DNA of 64,000 nucleotides. Origin: an uncultured Faecalibacterium sp. GTDB lineage: Bacteria > Bacillota > Clostridia > Christensenellales > Aristaeellaceae. Location of the stretch: the NCBI GenBank assembly GCA_964542315.1, contig CAZIUA010000003.1, forward strand, positions 3,679-67,678. The letters run 5' to 3'. Positions 53,115-59,787 of this stretch are shown one piece after another; position 1 is the stretch's first letter, and each line of letters starts with the position of its first letter. The notes under the pieces were generated by a model that was not told the origin of the DNA, did no database searches, and was given only the letters and a program-made list of their open reading frames with translations. Both the position numbers and the translations under genes were made by a program.

Positions 53115-54383
53115 TTAGTTGGCAAAGGTGTCCATGTCGATCAGCTGGCCGCCCTGCACGCGGGATTCCTCTGCGGCCAGCGCCACCAGATGGCTCTCCA
53201 CGCTGCGGCCGATGGTCGTCATGGCGGTGGGCATGGGCTTGCCCTCCAGCACGTCCAGATAGTCCCCGACCATGCGGATGTCGCCGCCGCCATGCCCGGA
53301 CAGATCCGTCGTCATCTTGCGGATGTCATACGTTTCCTGTTCGCCGCCAAAGGGCATCATCGTCACCAGCTGCTTCTCCATATCCGCATAGATCTCGCCC
53401 TTGGTGCCCATCAGGCGGATGCAGCGTCCGCCCGTGGCGGAGAAGGCGGACATGGTCAGCACGGCGGTGGTATCATCCGCCAGCTGGAGGCTGACCACCT
53501 GATGATCCACCACGTCGTTGTTCATGCGATAGACGCAGCGGCCGTAATCGCCCGTGGCGAGCGCCTCGCGGATTTTCTCCTCCGTGGGTTCGGGCGCCAC
53601 GACATTGACCGGCCAGCAGTCGCCGCAGCGGTGATACAGGTCAAGGTAGTACCGCTGGGCCTGATAGGGGCAGGTGGCGGACACGGGGCAGTCCTCCGAG
53701 CAGCGCTCCGGCGCGCCCTGGGGTATGTTCTCATGGCGGAAATGCGTCAGGTGGCCAAAGGACGTGACCTTCTCGCAATGCTTGCCCGTCAGCCACAGCA
53801 GGATGTCCATATCATGGCAGCACTTGGCCAGGATCATGGGCGTGGTGTCCGCCGCCACATGCCAGTTGCCGCGCACGAAGGAATGCGCCTGATGCCAGTA
53901 GCCCACACGCTCGATGGCTTCAATGTTCATCACATCGCCGATGCGCCCCTGGTCGATCAGCTGCTTGATGGTCTGGTAGAACACGGTGTAGCGCAGCACA
54001 TGGCACACCACGACGTTCAGGCCCTTTTCCTCCGCGAGGGAGGCGATGTGGCGGCATTCCTCAGCGGTGCGCGCCGCGGGCTTTTCCAGCAGCAGGTGAT
54101 AGCCCAGGTTCAGCGCCTGGATGGCCGGCTGATAATGGACGTCATCCGGGGTGCAGATGAAGAGCACATCCGCCAGGCGGGGGACTTGCAGCATGTGCTC
54201 CACGCTGTCAAAGCACATCTCCGCAGGGATGTTGTAGCGCTGGGCGGCCACCTGGACGCGGTCCGGGCGGATGTCGGCCACGGCGACGATCCTGGCGCGG
54301 TCGGCGAATTTCTCCAGGCAGTGGGCATAAGTCTGCAGGCCGCGCGAGCCGAGACCCGCGATGGCCACGGTGATCTGAGACAT
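53115..54383 (-). CDS. Gfo/Idh/MocA family oxidoreductase
   Basis: Rossmann N-terminus ITVAIAGLGSRGLQTY. EKP motif (LLLEKPAA). GGAGGAAGAA lies before the ATG at 54383. Confidence 0.9.
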   Translation of the reverse strand: MSQITVAIAGLGSRGLQTYAHCLEKFADRARIVAVADIRPDRVQVAAQRYNIPAEMCFDSVEHMLQVPRLADVLFICTPDDVHYQPAIQALNLGYHLLLEKPAARTAEECRHIASLAEEKGLNVVVCHVLRYTVFYQTIKQLIDQGRIGDVMNIEAIERVGYWHQAHSFVRGNWHVAADTTPMILAKCCHDMDILLWLTGKHCEKVTSFGHLTHFRHENIPQGAPERCSEDCPVSATCPYQAQRYYLDLYHRCGDCWPVNVVAPEPTEEKIREALATGDYGRCVYRMNNDVVDHQVVSLQLADDTTAVLTMSAFSATGGRCIRLMGTKGEIYADMEKQLVTMMPFGGEQETYDIRKMTTDLSGHGGGDIRMVGDYLDVLEGKPMPTAMTTIGRSVESHLVALAAEESRVQGGQLIDMDTFAN

Positions 54384-54499
54384 ATTTGTTCTTCCTCCAT
54401 ATCGAAAGACTTTTTCCTTTTTCATTCGCCAAGAAAGCGGAAAATCCCTGCACGGATGCAAAAAAGCAGAGGAAGTGCAGCCAGCGGCCGCCTCAGCCC

Positions 54500-54528
54500 T
54501 TGAAAACCGCCGCCATCCGTCCTATAAT
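54500..54528 (+). promoter_or_regulatory. sigma-A type promoter for ilvE
   Basis: TTGAAA, 17-nt spacer, TATAAT. Confidence 0.6.
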
Positions 54529-54564
54529 GGACAAAAAGATGACGCAGCAAAGGAGAGATCCCCC

Positions 54565-55587
54565 ATGAGCAAGAACATCGACTGGGCCAGCCTTGGCTTT
54601 GGATATATTCAGACGGACTATCGCTATGTCTGCCGCTACAAGGACGGCAAATGGGACGAAGGCGGCCTGGAAACGGACGCGAACATCACCCTGAATGAGT
54701 GCGCCTGCGTCTTTCAGTATTGCCAGGCCTGCTTTGAGGGCCTGAAGGCGTATTACACCCGCGACGGGCGGATCGTGACCTTCCGTCCGGAGCTGAACGC
54801 CCAGCGCATGGCGGACAGCTGCACGCGGCTGGAGATGCCGCCCTTCCCGGTGGAGAAATTCGTGGAGGCCATCAAGATGGTGGTCGCCGCCAACGCGGAT
54901 TATGTTCCGCCCTATGGCAGCGGCGCGAGCCTCTACCTGCGCCCGTTCATGATCGGCACCAATCCGGTCATCGGCGTCAAGCCTGCGACGGAATTCGAAT
55001 TCCGCATCTTCGCCACGCCCGTCGGCGCGTATTTCAAGGGCGGCGTGAAGCCCATTACCCTGACGGTGTCCGACTATGACCGCGCCGCGCCCCATGGCAC
55101 CGGTGCCATCAAGGCCGGATTGAACTACGCCATGTCCCTGCATCCCATCATGGAGGCTCACCGCGCCGGCTTTGCGGAGAACATGTATCTGGACGCGGCT
55201 ACTCGCACCAAGGTGGAGGAGACCGGCGGCGCGAACTTCATCTTCGTCACCAGGGACGGCAAGCTCGTCACGCCCAAGTCGGATTCCATCCTGCCCTCCA
55301 TCACCCGCCGGAGCATCATGACCGTGGCGGAAAACTATCTGGGCATGCCGGTGGAGCATCGCGAGGTGCCTTTCGCCGAGGTGGAGACCTTCGCCGAATG
55401 CGGCCTGTGCGGCACGGCAGCGGTCATCAGCCCCGTCGGCGCCATCAATGACCACGGGCGCGAGATCGTTTTCCCCTCCGGCAAGGAGGAGATGGGCCCC
55501 GTGCTGACCAAGCTCTACACCACCCTGCGCGGCATCCAGATGGGCGAGATCGACGCCCCCGAGGGCTGGCTCGTCCAGGTGAAATAA
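54565..55587 (+). CDS. ilvE: branched-chain amino acid aminotransferase (class IV)
   Basis: ...CQACFEGLKAYYTRDGRIVTFRP..., GTGAIKAGLNY and LPSITRRS blocks are typical of the long form of IlvE. Confidence 0.9.
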   Translation: MSKNIDWASLGFGYIQTDYRYVCRYKDGKWDEGGLETDANITLNECACVFQYCQACFEGLKAYYTRDGRIVTFRPELNAQRMADSCTRLEMPPFPVEKFVEAIKMVVAANADYVPPYGSGASLYLRPFMIGTNPVIGVKPATEFEFRIFATPVGAYFKGGVKPITLTVSDYDRAAPHGTGAIKAGLNYAMSLHPIMEAHRAGFAENMYLDAATRTKVEETGGANFIFVTRDGKLVTPKSDSILPSITRRSIMTVAENYLGMPVEHREVPFAEVETFAECGLCGTAAVISPVGAINDHGREIVFPSGKEEMGPVLTKLYTTLRGIQMGEIDAPEGWLVQVK

Positions 55588-55678
55588 GAAGAACGATCCT
55601 TCACGCCCCGGGACAGGATGAATGCACCGCCCCGGGGCGATTTCAGTGAAGGGGAATGCTGGACAAGGAGACCCGATC

Positions 55679-55897
55679 ATGTCAGGAACCTATTACAAGC
55701 CTTGCAGAGAGCTTGATATCTGCAACGCGCTGATCGAGAAATACTTTCAGGCGCAGCAATATGAAAAGTGCTTTTCCGGGCACTTGGCACTTGCCGAGCA
55801 GGGCTATCCGCTGGCCGAATGCCAGACCGGCTACTTCTATTATGAAAGCTTGGGTGTGGAGAAAGACCTTGCAAAAGCTGTCTGCCCTGGTTTTTGA
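55679..55897 (+). pseudogene. short Sel1/TPR-like ORF, possibly a truncated remnant
   Basis: 72 aa ending right after one Sel1-like repeat (GYFYYESLGVEKDLAKAV). No convincing RBS, and it runs toward the 5S promoter. Confidence 0.3.
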
Positions 55898-55983
55898 CGC
55901 CCTGGGCGGATCGTCCCAGTGGGAAGCCGGAATCGTCCCGCAGGGGTGGCGGCGGATTTTTTCGCCAAATGCGGGAAAATGCC

Positions 55984-56012
55984 TTGACAGCCGCTGCAAA
56001 CGGTGATAAAAT
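55984..56012 (+). promoter_or_regulatory. consensus sigma-A promoter driving 5S rRNA and tRNA-Asn
   Basis: TTGACA, exactly 17 nt, TAAAAT. The predicted start site coincides with the 5S 5' end. Confidence 0.7.
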
Positions 56013-56017
56013 AATCA

Positions 56018-56138
56018 GGTCCGGTGGTAATGACGAAGAGGTTCCACCTGTTCCCATTCCGAACACAGCAGTTAAGCTCTTCAGTGCCGAAAGTACTTGG
56101 CTGGACACGGCCTGGAAGGATAGGTCGCTGCCGGACAC
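56018..56138 (+). rRNA. rrf: 5S ribosomal RNA (not linked to 16S/23S in this window)
   Basis: ...GAAGAGGTTCCACCTGTTCCCATTCCGAACACAGCAGTTAAGCTCTTCAGTGCCGA...GGATAGGTCGCTGCCGGAC aligns block by block with Bacillus/Clostridium 5S. The ends pair (GTCCGG/CCGGAC). Confidence 0.85.
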
Positions 56139-56143
56139 CATAT

Positions 56144-56215
56144 TCCTCAGTAGCTCAATGGCAGAGCACCCGGCTGTTAACCGGGTTGTTGTAGGTTCGA
56201 GCCCTACCTGGGGAG
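56144..56215 (+). tRNA. tRNA-Asn (anticodon GTT)
   Basis: Manual cloverleaf: TCCTCAG acceptor, CCCGG-CTGTTAA-CCGGG anticodon arm, GTAGG-TTCGAGC-CCTAC T-arm. 72 nt, no encoded CCA. Confidence 0.9.
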
Positions 56216-56221
56216 CGCTTG

Positions 56222-56249
56222 GCCGATCGATGTTCGATCGGCTTTTTTT
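56222..56249 (+). terminator. rho-independent terminator of the 5S-tRNA unit
   Basis: GCCGATCGA-TGT-TCGATCGGC followed by T7. Confidence 0.85.
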
Positions 56250-56282
56250 GTTGTATTCGGGCGATCAGGCGCAAAAAAGGGC

Positions 56283-56325
56283 GGACGCTCCGCAGAGAGA
56301 GCAGTCCGCCCTTTTATGATGCAAG
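56283..56325. terminator. bidirectional terminator (serves the minus-strand M16 gene)
   Basis: AAAAAA-GGGCGGAC...GTCCGCCC-TTTT. Confidence 0.7.
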
Positions 56326-56331
56326 GGAAGA

Positions 56332-59205
56332 TCAGTCCGCGATGACGAGCTCCTCCGCCGCGCAGGCCTTGAGGGCTTCGTCATGCGCCACGACGCAGAC
56401 CACGCCGTCCTTGGCCATGCGTTCGAGAGTGCCGCACCAGCCCAGGAGCTTTCCACTGTCCGTGGCGAGGATCTCCGCGCGCTCCTTGCGCTGGAGGTCA
56501 GCCGTCATGCCGGAGAACCAGCGGCCGTCCGCCACACGGCCCTCGTCGCGGGGGCTCATCAGCGGTTCAGTATCGGAAATGGTGGAGATGATGAACTTGT
56601 CGATGCGCTCGCCGCTGTCCACGAAGGTGCGCAGGAAGTCCGCCGCACCGCGGTACATCTGCAAGGTGCGTGCGGGGGTGGGGTCGCGGTAGGAATAGGT
56701 CCCGATGGCGGAACGCCCGGACAGCATGCCGCAGCCATACGCGCCGCCCTGCACGCGCACCACGTTCCACAGGTAGCTCAGGCTGATGATCTTGGCGGCC
56801 ACGCGTGCCGAGCCATCCCATTCGCGGCCCAGATCCGCCGCGATGGTGGCATAGCTGACCTGCGCGGGGATGCGGATGCCCTGCTTGGCAGGCAGGTCGA
56901 TGGTGTAGGCTGCATCGGGGGCGCAGCCTTCGCCATGGGGGATGGCCGCGATCAGGGCGGACACATCCACCGGGGCATTCGCGGTGACGGACAGCACCAG
57001 GCGCTCCTTGCAGACCGCCGCAGCCAGCTTCTGCTGGAGCAGCGCAGTCAGACCGCCGATCTTCTCGTCAAAGTGGGCAACAAAGTCATGCATCCACTGC
57101 ACGCCGGAATAGCCGCTCAGCATCTCGTTCGCCGCGCCGGCAGCGGAGAAATGCGCATTCGCCGCGGTGATGGCGAGGGCATGACCGGACATGATGCACA
57201 TCTGCTTGGCCTGCTCATCGGCCTGCAGGGAGATCTCGCGGATGCGGGTGGTATCGGAGAAGTCGGTGGTGGTGAGGATCTCGCAGATCAGGTCGCGTGC
57301 GATATCGAGCTTGTCCGCCATGACGGAGCAGGTGACATGCATCACGGGCGTGCAGTGGGTCAGGTCAGCGACCTTCTCCTTGGCCTCCACGCTGAAGGTC
57401 AGGCGACCCAGGTGGGTCTTGACGGCCTGCTGCAATTCCGCCGTGGTGTGCTTCGCCGTAGGCAGCACGCCCAGCAGACGGGTCAGGCTGTTCAGCGGGC
57501 AAAGATCATCGAGGATGCAGTCGCTCAGGTTGAGGTACAGGTGCAGGTGGACGATGCCGTTGGCCGCCGCCTTGTGATACAGCACGGTCACGCCATCCAC
57601 GGTGGTCTCCACGGTGGGGATGACGGTCGGTTCGGGGCTGACCTCGCTCAGGTCGAGCACGGGCAGGGTCGCCAGCTGCTCGGGGGAGTCGGGGGTCTGT
57701 TGCCAGGCGTGGAGCTTCTCGTTCAGGTCGAGGATGGCCTGCTTTTCCTCCGCCGTCCAGGACGCCTGCGCCTTGGCCAGCTTGTCGGCCTCCGCCTGAC
57801 GCATTTCCTCGCCCAGGGTGGTGGAGGGCAGCGTGTGCAGCACCACCATGTCGGATTCATCCAGCAGCAGGTCGTGCAGCAGCTTCTCAAAGCCGCCGTT
57901 TTCAGCCATCGCGCGGACTTCCGCCATCGTCTCGTCATGCACCAGGCAGGTCAGCGGGTCGCCGTCATGCAGCCAGGTGTTCAGCGCGTTGATGCAGCGG
58001 ATGAGGCCGGCGGGCTCGTTGGGCTCGCGGACGCGGAACTCATAGCGGTTGATGCACGCGGCCAGATCAGCCTTGTCGATGCCCTTTTCGCACAGCTCGG
58101 TGCAGGTCTTGCGGATGACCTCGCGGATGGTCTCGGCGTTGGCGGGGTCGATATTGCGGACGGTCAGCGTGAAGCCGTTCTGCGCGATGGAGTCATCCAC
58201 CTGCATGTTCACATCCTGGCACAGCCCGGAGGAGAGCAGCGCGCGCGTGAGGGGCGCTTCGTTCGTGCCGGCCACCACATCGGAGAGGATCTGCGCGGCG
58301 GTGGTGCGGGTCACATCCTGCCAGGTGCCGATGATCTTACCCAGGGTCAGCATGGCCTTGTTCTCCGTGCCATCCTCGGCGGACACCTCATAATACTGGG
58401 TGGTCTCGACGGCATGGGGCTGCTGCATGGCGATCTCGTGCTTTTCGTCCGAGCGCTCGAAGCGGCTGAGGTAGCCGTCGATCATGGGCAGCACGCGATC
58501 CAGCGGCACCGCGCCATCCAGCCAGATGCGGCTGTTGGAGGGGTGATAATAGCGGCGGTACATGCTCATGTACTTTTCGTAGGTCAGTTCGGGGATGACG
58601 CGCGGATCGCCGCCGGAATTGAAGCCATAGCAGTTATCCGGGAAGGTGGCGGCCAGCATGCCCTGGCTGATGACCTCATCCACGGAGGACATCGCGCCCT
58701 TCATCTCGTTGAACACCACGCCCTTGTAGGTCGGCGTGCTGTCCGCGTTCTCCATCTCGGTGTGCCAGCCCTCCTGATAGAAGATGTTGGGGTCGTGGCG
58801 GATGGCAGGGGCGAACACCGCGTCCAGATACACCTCGGTCAGGTTCATGAAGTCCTGCTCGTTGCGGGAGGATACGGGGTACATGGTCTTATCCGGGAAG
58901 GTCATGGCGTTGAGGAAGGTGTTCATGGAGGACTTCATCAGCTCCACGAAGGGCTCCTTCACCGGGAACTTATCGCTGCCGCACAGCACGGAATGCTCCA
59001 GGATATGGAACACGCCGGTGGAATCCTCCGGCAGGGTCTTGAAGGCGATGGAGAACAGCTTGTTGGATTCGCCATTATCCACCCAGCAGAGCTGCGCGCC
59101 GGTCTTGTCGTGGGACATTTCCACCAGATCGGCGTTCAGCTCCGCCACATGGCGGACGCGGGTGACGGTGAAGCCATGCAGCTTCGCTCCGGCAGTCAGG
59201 GACAT
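56332..59205 (-). CDS. M16C family (PreP-like) insulinase-type zinc metallopeptidase
   Basis: HILEH (HxxEH) zinc motif near the N-terminus, about 958 aa. AAGGAGTGA lies before the ATG at 59205. Confidence 0.85.
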   Translation of the reverse strand: MSLTAGAKLHGFTVTRVRHVAELNADLVEMSHDKTGAQLCWVDNGESNKLFSIAFKTLPEDSTGVFHILEHSVLCGSDKFPVKEPFVELMKSSMNTFLNAMTFPDKTMYPVSSRNEQDFMNLTEVYLDAVFAPAIRHDPNIFYQEGWHTEMENADSTPTYKGVVFNEMKGAMSSVDEVISQGMLAATFPDNCYGFNSGGDPRVIPELTYEKYMSMYRRYYHPSNSRIWLDGAVPLDRVLPMIDGYLSRFERSDEKHEIAMQQPHAVETTQYYEVSAEDGTENKAMLTLGKIIGTWQDVTRTTAAQILSDVVAGTNEAPLTRALLSSGLCQDVNMQVDDSIAQNGFTLTVRNIDPANAETIREVIRKTCTELCEKGIDKADLAACINRYEFRVREPNEPAGLIRCINALNTWLHDGDPLTCLVHDETMAEVRAMAENGGFEKLLHDLLLDESDMVVLHTLPSTTLGEEMRQAEADKLAKAQASWTAEEKQAILDLNEKLHAWQQTPDSPEQLATLPVLDLSEVSPEPTVIPTVETTVDGVTVLYHKAAANGIVHLHLYLNLSDCILDDLCPLNSLTRLLGVLPTAKHTTAELQQAVKTHLGRLTFSVEAKEKVADLTHCTPVMHVTCSVMADKLDIARDLICEILTTTDFSDTTRIREISLQADEQAKQMCIMSGHALAITAANAHFSAAGAANEMLSGYSGVQWMHDFVAHFDEKIGGLTALLQQKLAAAVCKERLVLSVTANAPVDVSALIAAIPHGEGCAPDAAYTIDLPAKQGIRIPAQVSYATIAADLGREWDGSARVAAKIISLSYLWNVVRVQGGAYGCGMLSGRSAIGTYSYRDPTPARTLQMYRGAADFLRTFVDSGERIDKFIISTISDTEPLMSPRDEGRVADGRWFSGMTADLQRKERAEILATDSGKLLGWCGTLERMAKDGVVCVVAHDEALKACAAEELVIAD

Positions 59206-59436
59206 AAATGGGTCACTCCTTCTGATCGTATTTCGCATACGCATATTTGGCACAAATGGTCTGTTTATGCTGATTCGATAAAGCGAACGCCTTTTCCTGC
59301 CCGAAAGGATGAGAATTTGATGAGGGCGGAGCTTCGCGACCTTTCAGATCGTCACAGACAGGGCTTTTGACACGATGGATCCATGCTTTGCAGGCATATG
59401 GGCAAAGTTTTCTACCGCATCCGGCCTTACGGCTAC

Positions 59437-59479
59437 CTTCCCCATGAGGGGAAGCTGTCCCGAAGGGACTGATGAGGTG
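59437..59479 (+). repeat. intergenic repeat family A, copy 3 (compensatory variant)
   Basis: CTTCCCCATGAGGGGAAGCTGTCCCGAAGGGACTGATGAGGTG. The second stem is GTCCC/GGGAC instead of GTCGC/GCGAC. Confidence 0.8.
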
Positions 59480-59658
59480 GACACTACGGGCAAAAACTGT
59501 CACTTGGTTGAGATACGACCCGCTTTTTTGTAAAAAAAATCCGAAAAAATTGGCCGGAAAAACTCGCCGCATCCGCCCTGCGCACGGGTGGAAAAAACAC
59601 CCGCAGAGAGGGACGCTTTGTGATGATTGTAAATTGTAGGGAAGTTCCGTGACGATTC

Positions 59659-59687
59659 TTGACAGGGGGAGTGTTTTGAGATAGAAT
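59659..59687 (+). promoter_or_regulatory. sigma-A type promoter
   Basis: TTGACA, 17-nt spacer, TAGAAT. Confidence 0.6.
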
Positions 59688-59787
59688 GTATTCAGATTTC
59701 TCTTGCCTTTTTTGAGGTGGGGGAACTGTCGGGATCGCCCGGCAGGACTGCTCGCTCCCACCGGGGCGAAGAACTGAGGTGACAAAG

